Below are positions 45,913-56,427 of a stretch of 61,023 bases of DNA, one piece after another. How positions within the stretch are numbered: position 1 is the stretch's first letter; every line of letters begins with the position of its first letter. A model generated the notes under the pieces. That model worked only from the letters and a program-made list of their open reading frames with translations, did not search any database and was not told where the DNA came from. Both the position numbers and the translations under genes were made by a program. This DNA comes from a virus. Lineage: Duplodnaviria; Heunggongvirae; Uroviricota; Caudoviricetes. The DNA lies in the IMG/VR virus record IMGVR_UViG_2740892440_000003. One strand, 5' to 3'.

Positions 45913-47124
45913 ATGATGATGAAACGCGATTACGGCGGTGTCGGCACCATAGCTCTTCGTGCAAGCGCATTACTTAAGGCCATGAGTCAGGATATTGAAG
46001 ATCAGCGCAAAGAGTTCAATCAGACCGAGTATTATCAGACGTTCACTCGTAACGCTGTGGCAAAGTTGCCGAAGCTGAGCCGCCGCATTGTGGAGCAGGC
46101 CATCAAAGAGATGGAAGATGATGGGTACCAGTTCAACAAGAAACAGGTCGGTAACGTTGAACAGTACGCGCTGACCATCCAGAACGTCATTGATATCTAT
46201 GCCCACCGTAAGATCCCCAAATATCGCGACATTCACAAATCGCCTTACGTTATTTTTGTCGTAAACCTGAAGGGTGGCGTATCCAAAACGGTTTCCACAG
46301 TCACGTTGGCGCACGCTCTGCGTGTGCATCAGGATTTACTGCGTCACGATCTGCGCATTCTGGTAATTGACCTTGACCCTCAGGCATCCAGCACAATGTT
46401 CCTCGACCATACTCACAGTATTGGTTCCATCCTGGAAACCGCCGCGCAGGCGATGCTGAACGACCTGGACGCGGAGACGCTACGCAAAGAGGTGATTCGT
46501 CCGACCATCGTTCCTGGCGTAGACGTGATTCCAGCCTCTATCGACGATGGCTTTGTTGCCAGCCAATGGAAAGAGCTGGTTGAAGAGCATCTTCCCGGAC
46601 AAAATCAGTACGAAATCCTTCGACGCAATATCATTGATCGTGTTGCGGATGATTATGACTTTATCTTTATTGATACCGGTCCACACCTGGATCCGTTCCT
46701 GCTCAACGGTCTGGCGGCCAGCGATTTGCTGCTTACCCCTACCCCACCAGCCCAGGTTGACTTCCACTCAACACTGAAATATCTCACCCGTCTGCCAGAA
46801 ATGCTGGAGCAACTGGAGGAGGAAGGCGTAGAACCGCGTTTAAGCGCCAGCATTGGTTTTATGTCGAAGATGACCGGCAAGCGCGATCACGAGACATCAC
46901 ACAGCCTTGCGCGTGAGGTTTACGCCAGCAACATTCTGGACTCTTCTCTGCCTCGTCTGGATGGATTTGAGCGATGCGGCGAGTCTTTCGACACCGTAAT
47001 CAGTGCCAACCCGCAATCGTATCCAGGCAGTGCAGAGGCGCTGAAGAAGGCACGAACCGAGGCCGAGCGTTTCACTAAGGCTGTGTTTGATCGAATTGAG
47101 TTTGTTAGGGGTGAGGCGGCATGA
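45913..47124 (+). CDS. parA: ParA partition ATPase (type Ia)
   Basis: Deviant Walker A NLKGGVSKT; long N-terminal regulatory domain; substantial similarity to P1 ParA but clearly diverged from it. Confidence 0.9.
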   Translation: MMMKRDYGGVGTIALRASALLKAMSQDIEDQRKEFNQTEYYQTFTRNAVAKLPKLSRRIVEQAIKEMEDDGYQFNKKQVGNVEQYALTIQNVIDIYAHRKIPKYRDIHKSPYVIFVVNLKGGVSKTVSTVTLAHALRVHQDLLRHDLRILVIDLDPQASSTMFLDHTHSIGSILETAAQAMLNDLDAETLRKEVIRPTIVPGVDVIPASIDDGFVASQWKELVEEHLPGQNQYEILRRNIIDRVADDYDFIFIDTGPHLDPFLLNGLAASDLLLTPTPPAQVDFHSTLKYLTRLPEMLEQLEEEGVEPRLSASIGFMSKMTGKRDHETSHSLAREVYASNILDSSLPRLDGFERCGESFDTVISANPQSYPGSAEALKKARTEAERFTKAVFDRIEFVRGEAA

Positions 47125-48086
47125 AAAAAATAGTTTCCCGTGGACGAGTGCTGGGCAAGAATAGCTCCGAGTTTGCTCGCATGCTTGAAGGCAGTGAAGG
47201 CACCAAAACCTTTACCCTAAAATCTGGCCGCCAGGCTAAATTTTTGCTTACCGTTGTGCTGAGTGGTGAGATTGAGTCGCGCACGTTCGTTGACCCGGCA
47301 GTTAACGGCCGCGATCAGTCTCTGCTCACCCCTGAGTCGGTAAGCGATATTTCCCGCACCATTAAATTGCAACAGTTCTTCCCGGCTATCGGTCGTATGG
47401 TTGGGGAGCGCATTGAGGTATTGGACGGATCACGTCGCCGCGCTGCGTGTATCTTCAATGAAACGAAATTTGAGATTCTGGTGACGAAAGATGAGATCAG
47501 CCTGGCGGATGCACGCCAGCTGGCCATTGATATCCAGACAGCCCGCGAACACACCCTGCGCGAACTGGGTAAACGCTTCGAGGTTATGTATGGTAAGGGC
47601 ATGACCAAAGAAGAGATCGCCCGCGCTGAGAACATTTCAAAGGCTAAAGTTACGCGCGCGTTCCAGGCGGCAGCGGTGCCGGATGAGATGATTGCTGTCT
47701 TCCCTGTTGCCAGCGATCTCGCCCTGCCAGATTACCAGTTACTGCTCCAGATCTCCGAGGATGCCAACGCTAAAAGCGTGCCTATTGAAGAGCTGGTTGA
47801 TACGGTGCGCGAACGAATTGCAGAGACTGAGGGCGCGAAAGAGGATAAAGCGAAGATACTGGCTATCTTCAAAGCGGAAAGCAAAAGCCTGAAGCCCGCG
47901 CCGGTTAAATCTGTGGTGGTTGAGAAGCTGCGAGACTTCTCTGACCGTCGCCAATATGCCCGAAAGAAGTCCGATCCGAAAAAACGGGTTGTCGCCTACG
48001 AGTTCTCCAGACTCCCGTCTGAAGTGCAAACTGAAATTGACGAAGCAATAAAAAAAATCATTGGGAAAATGTCTGCTGGGGAATAA
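47121..48086 (+). CDS. parB: ParB partition protein
   Basis: 321 aa immediately downstream of parA with overlapping stop/start. Confidence 0.85.
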   Translation: MKKIVSRGRVLGKNSSEFARMLEGSEGTKTFTLKSGRQAKFLLTVVLSGEIESRTFVDPAVNGRDQSLLTPESVSDISRTIKLQQFFPAIGRMVGERIEVLDGSRRRAACIFNETKFEILVTKDEISLADARQLAIDIQTAREHTLRELGKRFEVMYGKGMTKEEIARAENISKAKVTRAFQAAAVPDEMIAVFPVASDLALPDYQLLLQISEDANAKSVPIEELVDTVRERIAETEGAKEDKAKILAIFKAESKSLKPAPVKSVVVEKLRDFSDRRQYARKKSDPKKRVVAYEFSRLPSEVQTEIDEAIKKIIGKMSAGE

Positions 48087-48099
48087 TCCCGCTGGTGGG

Positions 48100-48300
48100 A
48101 GGCGGCTTTAGCCCCCTCCCCTGTCTAAAATGTCCCGCGCCTATTTCATGTATAAATATATGATATATATAGATATTCATGAAAAATTTCAGACTGAAAT
48201 TCCCACGGTTTCACGCCTATTTTACTTGCCCCCCTCCCCCGCACAAAAAATTTAAAAAATTACTTTTAGCGAGAAAGTCAACAAGTGACTTTCAATAAAA
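48100..48300. other. parS: parS centromere (approximate)
   Basis: AT-rich IHF-like core flanked by heptamer motifs TGAAAT/ATTTCA and an inverted unit TGAAATTCCCACGGTTTCAC; the hexamer between the heptamers is TCCCAC rather than the P1 TCGCCA. Confidence 0.5.
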
Positions 48301-48331
48301 TCTCTTCCGAAAAGGGATTCACACAAGTGCC

Positions 48332-50059
48332 TTGTGTTTAAGGAAGAGTAAATTGAGTAACTTACGCGAATACCAGAATCGTATTGCAGATATCGCAAAA
48401 CGCTCTAAAGCTGTGCTTGGCTGGGCAAGCACTGCGCAGTTCGGTACTGATAACCAATTCATTAAAGATGATGCCGCGCGTGCCGCATCTATCCTTGAAG
48501 CTGCACGTAAAGACCCGGTTTTTGCGGGTATCTCTGATAATGCCACCGCTCAAATCGCTACAGCGTGGGCAAGTGCACTGGCTGACTACGCCGCAGCACA
48601 TAAATCTATGCCGCGTCCGGAAATTCTGGCCTCCTGCCACCAGACGCTGGAAAACTGCCTGATTGAGTCCACCCGCAATAGCATGGATGCCACTAATAAA
48701 GCGATGCTGGAATCCGTCGCAGCAGAGATGATGAGCGTTTCTGACGGTGTTATGCGTCTGCCTTTATTCCTCGCGATGATCCTGCCTGTTCAGTTGGGGG
48801 CAGCTACCGCTGATGCGTGTACCTTCATTCCGGTTACGCGTGACCAGTCCGACATCTATGAAGTCTTTAACGTGGCAGGTTCCTCTTTTGGTTCTTATGC
48901 TGCTGGTGATGTTCTGGACATGCAATCCGTCGGTGTGTACAGCCAGTTACGTCGCCGCTATGTGCTGGTGGCAAGCTCCGATGGCACCAGCAAAACCGCA
49001 ACCTTCAAGATGGAAGACTTCGAAGGCCAGAATGTACCAATCCGAAAAGGTCGTACTAACATCTACGTTAACCGTATTAAGTCTGTTGTTGATAACGGTT
49101 CCGGCAGCCTACTTCACTCGTTTACTAATGCTGCTGGTGAGCAAATCACTGTTACCTGCTCTCTGAACTACAACATTGGTCAGATTGCCCTGTCGTTCTC
49201 CAAAGCGCCGGATAAAGGCACTGAGATCGCAATTGAGACGGAAATCAATATTGAAGCCGCTCCTGAGCTGATCCCGCTGATCAACCACGAAATGAAGAAA
49301 TACACCCTGTTCCCAAGTCAGTTCGTTATCGCGGCTGAGCACACGGTACAGGCGGCGTATGAAGCACAGCGTGAATTTGGTCTGGACCTGGGTTCCCTAC
49401 AGTTCCGCACCCTGAAGGAATACCTGTCTCATGAACAGGATATGCTGCGTCTTCGCATCATGATCTGGCGCACTCTTGCGACCGACACCTTTGACATCGC
49501 TCTGCCGGTTAACCAGTCCTTTGATGTATGGGCAACCATCATTCGTGGCAAATTCCAGACTGTATATCGCGACATTATTGAGCGCGTTAAATCTTCTGGT
49601 GCGATGGGGATGTTTGCTGGTGCTGATGCAGCATCTTTCTTCAAACAGTTGCCGAAGGATTTCTTCCAGCCAGCCGAAGACTATATCCAGACTCCGTATG
49701 TTCACTACATCGGTACCCTGTTCGGTAACGTGAAAGTGTACGAAGTACCTGCTGGTATTTGTAAGAACTTAACGACAGAGAACATTCAGTTCAGCTCGAT
49801 GGATGTGCTGTGCTACGTCCGTGATGAAAATCCGGGTAAAGCAGGCTTCGTGACTGGTGATGCTGTCCCGGCCATCCCGTTCCAGCATCCGACCACTCCG
49901 GCGCTGGTCAACCGTACCACGCTGTGGGGTTCGGCTATCAACGATATGCACCCACGCAACGGCGCTGATTACTTCACTCGTGTAACGCTGACAATGGCCA
50001 AAAAAGGCGGGCTTAACTTCATAAGCGGCGACACGATTGATGCCGGTGACTCTGAGTAA
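48332..50059 (+). CDS. major head protein (P1 gp23-like), tentative
   Basis: 575 aa (about 62 kDa) next to the par locus as in P1; the start may be the TTG at 48353 after an AGGAAG RBS. Confidence 0.5.
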   Translation: MCLRKSKLSNLREYQNRIADIAKRSKAVLGWASTAQFGTDNQFIKDDAARAASILEAARKDPVFAGISDNATAQIATAWASALADYAAAHKSMPRPEILASCHQTLENCLIESTRNSMDATNKAMLESVAAEMMSVSDGVMRLPLFLAMILPVQLGAATADACTFIPVTRDQSDIYEVFNVAGSSFGSYAAGDVLDMQSVGVYSQLRRRYVLVASSDGTSKTATFKMEDFEGQNVPIRKGRTNIYVNRIKSVVDNGSGSLLHSFTNAAGEQITVTCSLNYNIGQIALSFSKAPDKGTEIAIETEINIEAAPELIPLINHEMKKYTLFPSQFVIAAEHTVQAAYEAQREFGLDLGSLQFRTLKEYLSHEQDMLRLRIMIWRTLATDTFDIALPVNQSFDVWATIIRGKFQTVYRDIIERVKSSGAMGMFAGADAASFFKQLPKDFFQPAEDYIQTPYVHYIGTLFGNVKVYEVPAGICKNLTTENIQFSSMDVLCYVRDENPGKAGFVTGDAVPAIPFQHPTTPALVNRTTLWGSAINDMHPRNGADYFTRVTLTMAKKGGLNFISGDTIDAGDSE

Positions 50060-50119
50060 TCAGGGGAAGTTCTCCGTTTAACATAGCGCCCCCGTGCGGG
50101 GCGCATAACAGGGAAAGTT

Positions 50120-51709
50120 ATGTCTCAATATTCAATTCAACAGTCATTAGGTAATGCATCCGGCGTCGCGGTTAGCCCGATCAATGCCGATGCGACGTTA
50201 TCTACCGGTGTTGCATTAAATAGCAGCTTGTGGGCTGGTATTGGCGTATTTGCGCGTGGCAAGCCGTTTACTGTTCTTGCGGTTACTGAGTCCAATTACG
50301 AAGATGTTCTCGGCGAACCGCTGAAGCCGTCTTCCGGCTCACAGTTCGAACCAATTCGCCATGTATACGAAGCTATTCAGCAAACGTCTGGTTATGTTGT
50401 TCGCGCTGTTCCGGATGATGCGAAGTTCCCGATTATTATGTTCGATGAATCAGGCGAACCGGCTTACAGTGCGTTGCCATACGGTTCTGAAATTGAACTT
50501 GATAGTGGCGAAGCCTTTGCTATCTACGTTGATGATGGTGATCCGTGTATTTCACCTACCCGTGAGTTAACCATCGAAACGGCAACAGCGGACAGCGCGG
50601 GTAATGAACGCTTCCTCTTAAAACTGACCCAGACGACTTCGCTCGGCGTGGTAACGACCCTGGAGACACACACTGTGTCTTTGGCGGAAGAAGCGAAAGA
50701 TGACATGGGCCGCTTGTGTTATCTGCCTACGGCTCTGGAAGCCCGTTCTAAATATCTGCGCGCGGTTGTTAATGAAGAGCTGATTTCGACAGCGAAAGTA
50801 ACAAACAAAAAATCGTTGGCGTTCACTGGCGGTACCAACGGCGATCAGTCGAAAATCTCAACCGCTGCGTACCTGCGTGCGGTGAAAGTGCTGAACAATG
50901 CGCCGTACATGTACACCGCTGTTCTCGGCCTGGGGTGCTATGACAATGCGGCGATCACTGCGTTAGGTAATATCTGTTCTGATCGCCTGATTGATGGCTT
51001 CTTTGATGTCAAACCGACATTGACGTACACGGAAGCGATCTCTGCTGTTGAAGATACCGGTTTACTTGGTACCGATTATGTAAGCTGTGCTGTCTATCAT
51101 TTCCCGTTCTCCTGCAAAGACAAATGGACCCAATCCCGCGTGGTCTTCGGTCTGTCTGGCGCGGCGTATGCGGCGAAAGCTCGTGGCGTCAAGAAAAACT
51201 CCGATGTCGGCGGTTGGCATTACTCACCGGCTGGTGAAGAACGTGCCGTCATTGCTCGTGCATCACTTCAGCCGCTGTATCCTGAAGACACCCCGGACGA
51301 AGAAGCTATGGTCAAGGGCCGACTCAATAAAGTATCTGTAGGTACTTCGGGCCAGATGATCATCGATGATGCTTTAACTTGCTGCACGCAGGACAACTAT
51401 CTGCATTTCCAGCACGTCCCATCCCTGATGAACGCAATCAGCCGTTTCTTTGTCCAGTTAGCCCGACAGATGAAGCATAACCCGGACGGCATTACTGAGT
51501 CTGGCCTGACTAAAGGGATGACCAAACTTTTGGATCGCTTTGTCGCCTCCGGCGCTCTGGTGGCTCCTCGTGATCCTGATGCTGACGGTACAGAACCGTA
51601 TGTGCTGAAAGTTACGCAGGCGGAATTCGATAAATGGGAAGTAGTCTGGGCCTGCTGCCCGACTGGCGTAGCCCGTCGTATCCAGGGCGTACCGCTGCTT
51701 ATTAAGTAA
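50120..51709 (+). CDS. tail sheath protein (P1 gp22-like), tentative
   Basis: 529 aa (about 57 kDa), following the head gene as in the P1 23-22-21 block. Confidence 0.45.
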   Translation: MSQYSIQQSLGNASGVAVSPINADATLSTGVALNSSLWAGIGVFARGKPFTVLAVTESNYEDVLGEPLKPSSGSQFEPIRHVYEAIQQTSGYVVRAVPDDAKFPIIMFDESGEPAYSALPYGSEIELDSGEAFAIYVDDGDPCISPTRELTIETATADSAGNERFLLKLTQTTSLGVVTTLETHTVSLAEEAKDDMGRLCYLPTALEARSKYLRAVVNEELISTAKVTNKKSLAFTGGTNGDQSKISTAAYLRAVKVLNNAPYMYTAVLGLGCYDNAAITALGNICSDRLIDGFFDVKPTLTYTEAISAVEDTGLLGTDYVSCAVYHFPFSCKDKWTQSRVVFGLSGAAYAAKARGVKKNSDVGGWHYSPAGEERAVIARASLQPLYPEDTPDEEAMVKGRLNKVSVGTSGQMIIDDALTCCTQDNYLHFQHVPSLMNAISRFFVQLARQMKHNPDGITESGLTKGMTKLLDRFVASGALVAPRDPDADGTEPYVLKVTQAEFDKWEVVWACCPTGVARRIQGVPLLIK

Positions 51710-51718
51710 GGAAATACA

Positions 51719-52534
51719 ATGAGCAAAAACTTTTTTCAATCCGGGGCATTTTTGGGGAATGGACTGTCCCGTTTCGCTTTGAACTCTGATCCTGTGCAGC
51801 TGATGGAGTCTGCCCGAGCAAGCGCCGAACCGCCAACAGATCCGGTTATTAATAATAATCCGGAACCGGCGGCACAGACTAACGATAACGTTCCATCTGC
51901 CCCGGCTCCTGAGCAAATCCTGGAAGGGAAAGACGGTAAAGAATGGACCGTCGAACAGGCGCACCAGATGATTCTGGAAGCTGCAAATCGAAGTGCTATG
52001 CAAAATGCGTTGAGTGATGCGGCCGACGCCGTTTTCGCCTGGGCTGATAGCGGTGATCTGACTTTCGACTCCCTTGATGGTTTCGTTCAGGCTATCGCTG
52101 GTATCTCTGATGACGACGACTCCGAAGTTACAGAAGAACAGGACGATGCCTATAACGAAGCATGGGCAAATATTGCTGACTTCCTCGCAGCATGCGGTGT
52201 AGATGATGACCTGATCGAAGCACTGGCTGACGATGAAGACGACGACGCAGCTGCTGATGTTGGTGCCTCTATCGCTGGTTTAGATAGCGACGACCGTGAT
52301 GAACTGGAAGCGGCGTTTGTTGTTGCTGGCACTTCTGATGAAATGCTGACTGAAGCATTTAAGAAGGTTGTTCGTAATGGTGAGATCAAACTCATCCGTA
52401 AACGCCTGCGTAAAAAACGTCTGACTGCGGCTCAAAAATCGGCGCTGAAAAAAGCGCGTCGAAAAGCCCAGACCGGCGCGGCAAAACTTGCCCGCAAAAA
52501 GTCAATGAAACTGCGCCGTAAGCGCCTTGGCTAA
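51719..52534 (+). CDS. hypothetical acidic protein with a basic C-terminal tail (271 aa)
   Basis: Strongly D/E-rich middle; K/R-rich C-terminus. Confidence 0.45.
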   Translation: MSKNFFQSGAFLGNGLSRFALNSDPVQLMESARASAEPPTDPVINNNPEPAAQTNDNVPSAPAPEQILEGKDGKEWTVEQAHQMILEAANRSAMQNALSDAADAVFAWADSGDLTFDSLDGFVQAIAGISDDDDSEVTEEQDDAYNEAWANIADFLAACGVDDDLIEALADDEDDDAAADVGASIAGLDSDDRDELEAAFVVAGTSDEMLTEAFKKVVRNGEIKLIRKRLRKKRLTAAQKSALKKARRKAQTGAAKLARKKSMKLRRKRLG

Positions 52535-52569
52535 AGGAGGAGGCCGGAGAACTCCGGCCTTTAACTTGA

Positions 52570-53150
52570 ATGGCACCTATACCTTATGGGGTTTACAGCC
52601 AGGCTGACGGTGTATCGCCATTTCTGAAAGTTACTTTAACGAACTCTCAGTACCAGGTTACCGGATATATCAGCCAGGGGGCAGCAATGAACATGGCCCA
52701 GAATTGGGAAGCGCCGTTTACCGGTATGTCCATGGGGTCTGTTGCTGGTGCTTTCAGTGGTTTTGCGCAGGTTGGTACTGAAACAACGTCGGTGGCCCGT
52801 TGGAACAGCTTAATGGTTTGGGAGGGGGAACACCGCCGACTTTCACGCTGCCAGTAACTTTCATCGCTTTGTTTGACCCATTCACGGAAGTTTCAGGAGC
52901 TATCGCCGCATTGTCAGCGATGATTAGCCCGGAACTTAAAGATGCCAGCATTGGTGGTCGAATCCCGGAGCGTGTGACGCTAAACATTGGTCGCCGGATC
53001 AACATCATTGATGTCGCTATCCAGGACATAAGTTTCGATCTCGATGCGCCCAGGGACAGTAATGGGCATTTCCTGAAAAACACCGTCAACCTCCAGTTGA
53101 CCGGTTCTTCGATATATAACAGCTCCGATATTGTTCGGGCGTTCCAGTAA
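52570..53150 (+). CDS. hypothetical structural protein, frame broken at the G5 run 52824-52828
   Basis: ORFs 52570-52857 and 52800-53150 join if the G-run has 6 G (...VARWNSLMVWEGGTPPTFTLPVTF...). Confidence 0.45.
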
Positions 53151-53161
53151 AAGGATCTTAT

Positions 53162-53671
53162 ATGGGGCACAATAACACTAAGGGAAACCGTAAATTTATT
53201 AAGGGCCGCTATACTGCCAACGCGGCCAAAGGCGAACGACTGGTATCTTCTGAATTCCAGCTCACTTTTGCAGGCTATGAAGATATCAGTGTACTTGTTC
53301 GTACGTCGCAAATCCCTGAAATGACTCGCGAGGATGTGGAGGACTATGGTCCGAATGGTGTGAAGTTCAACCAGCACGGTCCAATTCGAAACTCTGGGGA
53401 AATCCAGGTCCAGTGCGTGGAGACTATCGAAGGCGATATTCTTCAGTTCATTAAGGATCGCATTGCGGCGAAGGACTATGTTGATATCACGATGGCTGCT
53501 ACCCCTGAATCCAAATCTTCCGGGGTTAACGCTGTGACAAAAGCTGCTACAACAATTGAAATGTTGGACTGCAAAATCTACAGTGATGCAATCGACTTTA
53601 GTACCGAAGATGTGACTGCCGCTGTGCGCCCGTCACTTCGTATCGTCTACAACTGGATTGAGTGGGATTAA
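53162..53671 (+). CDS. hypothetical structural protein (169 aa)
   Basis: Last gene of the plus-strand structural block. Confidence 0.45.
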   Translation: MGHNNTKGNRKFIKGRYTANAAKGERLVSSEFQLTFAGYEDISVLVRTSQIPEMTREDVEDYGPNGVKFNQHGPIRNSGEIQVQCVETIEGDILQFIKDRIAAKDYVDITMAATPESKSSGVNAVTKAATTIEMLDCKIYSDAIDFSTEDVTAAVRPSLRIVYNWIEWD

Positions 53672-54215
53672 GAGTCATCCCTTGTATTTTAAAGCTCCTT
53701 CGGGAGCTTTTTTGTGCTTAAATCATGTCAATATAGCGAAATTTTGAGCATATTATGGAAATTGATTTTTCATACTCTCCTGAAACGATAGAACGAAGAT
53801 TCGAAATAATTGGATGCAAAACTATTTCCGAGGAGCATTATTGGATTCTCTATGATGCCAATACATGGTTATGTGCTTAGCAGAATGTCAGCCATCGTTA
53901 TGTGTAGGGGAGGGGGCTTTTCGACATAAGGTGCTGGCTACACTTGAAGTGAACACGTTACGATATTGGTGTGTAGAAATACTTAGTGATAACAAAGAAT
54001 TGCACTTATTATTGCTGAATAAGTGTGCTTCTCTGCGCAGAAAAGCATGAAAAAACCCAACCGCTCTCCCGGAATTATCAGAAGAATATGTGCGGAAAGT
54101 TATAGCTAGCTATTGAAAAGCTAAAGTAGATCGGTTAGATTTGCATTACTCATCTACCATGTGTAGAAAGAGCGATCGAACCCGATACATAGCAATATGT
54201 GTCGGGTTCAGCTTT

Positions 54216-54695
54216 TTATGTCCCAAATGCTCTTTTTCTGCTTTGTTTGAGTGTTCTGATTTTACTGTCATAGGTTACAACATAGGCTGTTTTGAGAAGC
54301 CAATAGTCTCTACGTGCGGATAGCACAACAACGTAGTTTTCACACTCATTCCAGATTACCCACTCTTCAGTTGGTCCTCGTCTTTCAGACCAACATGATA
54401 TATCGCAATGGTTATAATTCCTTATCATGTGCGCGATCCAGCGAATTCGCTTGCACCGTTCAAGATCGGGTATACGTTCTTCTTCTATTTTTCCCTCTGA
54501 TACTAAATGCCAAAATCCGAATTCTTTCCCATTATATTCCGGTGAATAACGTAATCGAACAGGGAGACCCTTAAACGTTATATTAGATATTAAAATATCT
54601 TCTCTAACAACATCATATACATCGTCTATATACTCTTGCCAACTTCCATTGAAGTACAATAAATCTGGCATTTGAAGCATCAGCGAGCCTCCCAC
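54216..54695 (-). CDS. hypothetical protein (159 aa), second gene of an AT-rich two-gene module
   Basis: Overlaps the upstream gene by 16 nt; Cys/His-containing (CKRIRW...HCDISCW). Confidence 0.4.
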   Translation of the reverse strand: MGGSLMLQMPDLLYFNGSWQEYIDDVYDVVREDILISNITFKGLPVRLRYSPEYNGKEFGFWHLVSEGKIEEERIPDLERCKRIRWIAHMIRNYNHCDISCWSERRGPTEEWVIWNECENYVVVLSARRDYWLLKTAYVVTYDSKIRTLKQSRKRAFGT

Positions 54696-55384
54696 ACAAA
54701 AATATTAAATTTACTTTCTGTTGGAAGAGTGCTTTTTAGTAACTCCCTGTTTGTATGTGATTTTATCCTGTTTATGACTTGGATTTTTCCCGCGTTGCTA
54801 TTCATTCCTCGATGAACGTAGCCTAACGCGCCAATGAAAAGATCCGTTAGCTGCAATTGCTGCACTTCATGAGATCGTATATGTTGAATTCTGTTTATCG
54901 ACTCATGATTGTAATCATAGCGATCATTGTGAAGAACCCCTCTTAATTTCTCAATTTTTTCAATACCTAAAGTATCTTTTATATCTAGGTAGATATTGTA
55001 TGTGTTGTTACTTTCTATTATGTTTTTTAAGACATAAAAAAACATCTTATAATAGAAAGTATTATGATCTTGATGGAATCGAGCATGGTCCAGTTGCTCT
55101 TTATCAGGAACAACAACACCTCTAAAGCGCAATGCAGGGTTGCTGAAGAAGTAATCTACGACATCTAAGTAAAATTCAACTTTGGACGCAGATACTTTAG
55201 TCCACTTGATTTCGAAATCAGGTTTTAGATTGTGTTTTAATTTTAATTCCTTGATGTCTCTAGCAATTTTTTTTGTGATAGTGCCGGGACACCAAAGCGC
55301 ACCCAATACCATGACTTTATTATGATCATTTAGTAGGTGACAGGATTCATCGCAGAATACATTAAATGTTCTTCGGTTCAACAT
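54680..55384 (-). CDS. hypothetical protein (234 aa) with an N-terminal CDES motif
   Basis: N-terminal FNVFCDESCHLL; AT-rich codon usage distinct from the flanking structural and replication genes. Confidence 0.4.
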   Translation of the reverse strand: MLNRRTFNVFCDESCHLLNDHNKVMVLGALWCPGTITKKIARDIKELKLKHNLKPDFEIKWTKVSASKVEFYLDVVDYFFSNPALRFRGVVVPDKEQLDHARFHQDHNTFYYKMFFYVLKNIIESNNTYNIYLDIKDTLGIEKIEKLRGVLHNDRYDYNHESINRIQHIRSHEVQQLQLTDLFIGALGYVHRGMNSNAGKIQVINRIKSHTNRELLKSTLPTESKFNIFVWEAR

Positions 55385-55552
55385 GTTAACTCCACTTATT
55401 GTTAGGTAGAATTGTCCGTTAGTTGTTTATTAATTGCAATAATGGGGCGTCCAGTTTTGGCAACAGTGTCCTCTTACCAGGACACCTATGAGTTTGCCTC
55501 ATGGCAAACTAGAGGTGTTGAAAGTATGCATGGTTATAATTAGAGCAATTCA

Positions 55553-56398
55553 TTACCCTCTGAATCCTGCCGGTATACCCCATTGTTCGTTATCTTTATT
55601 TTTGGCTAAAACCGCATTAAGAGCTTCGTTTACCGTCATGCAATGCGGCAGATTATCGAAGTTTGATATCCCGCCAATATCAGGAGAACGCTTGTTCTTC
55701 AGGTAAGTATATTTCCGCGCTGCCGCCTCTACTTTCTGCTTGAACTCATGTTTTTGAGCGCGTTTTTTGGATAACCGCAGATTGTCAGCCTTTGCTTTTG
55801 CCTCAGCGATCCATGAAGTCAATTTTTTGAGTCTGCTCGTTCCGGCACCGCCGGAAACTGATCTTTTTGTTTTTTTAACTTGTGACTTCTTATTCTTTAT
55901 TGCCACGTCATCCTGACAGGGGGAGGGGGTATCATTTTGACATGGGGGTGTGGATAAAAAATTAAATAAAGCCAATGTCTTAGCGAGAACCGCTTTAACT
56001 TTGGTTGCCGCTGAAGAGATCTTTAATTTGCTTTCAATCAGCGCATTTTTGGCTTGTTGTGCGAAGGCCAAAAAGGATGGTGTAAACCGGTACAGGTTAG
56101 CGCGACGTTCACGGTGATCGCCGATAACAATCTCTACCGTCAGGATTCCTTTGTTTACAGCTTCACGGAATGCACGAACGACGGTTGATTGGCTATAACC
56201 AGTTTCTGCCGCGATCATGCGGTGAGGCTTGTGAATGAAGTATTCACTGGTTGTTGCCGCAAGATTTGCACATTGCGACAGGATATGCCCGGCGCTACGG
56301 GATAGACCGGAGTGTGTTACAAAGCAGGCCAATTCATAGCCAGAAAAAGTAAAATCGCTCATCGTTATACAGCTCAGGAAAGTGACTTTAGCCAGCAT
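55553..56398 (-). CDS. repL: RepL-like lytic replicon initiator
   Basis: 281 aa directly downstream of kilA; HTH-like GYSQSTVVRAFREAVNKGIL. Confidence 0.6.
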   Translation of the reverse strand: MLAKVTFLSCITMSDFTFSGYELACFVTHSGLSRSAGHILSQCANLAATTSEYFIHKPHRMIAAETGYSQSTVVRAFREAVNKGILTVEIVIGDHRERRANLYRFTPSFLAFAQQAKNALIESKLKISSAATKVKAVLAKTLALFNFLSTPPCQNDTPSPCQDDVAIKNKKSQVKKTKRSVSGGAGTSRLKKLTSWIAEAKAKADNLRLSKKRAQKHEFKQKVEAAARKYTYLKNKRSPDIGGISNFDNLPHCMTVNEALNAVLAKNKDNEQWGIPAGFRG

Positions 56399-56427
56399 TA
56401 CAATGCTGGTGGTTCTTACTACGTCTG

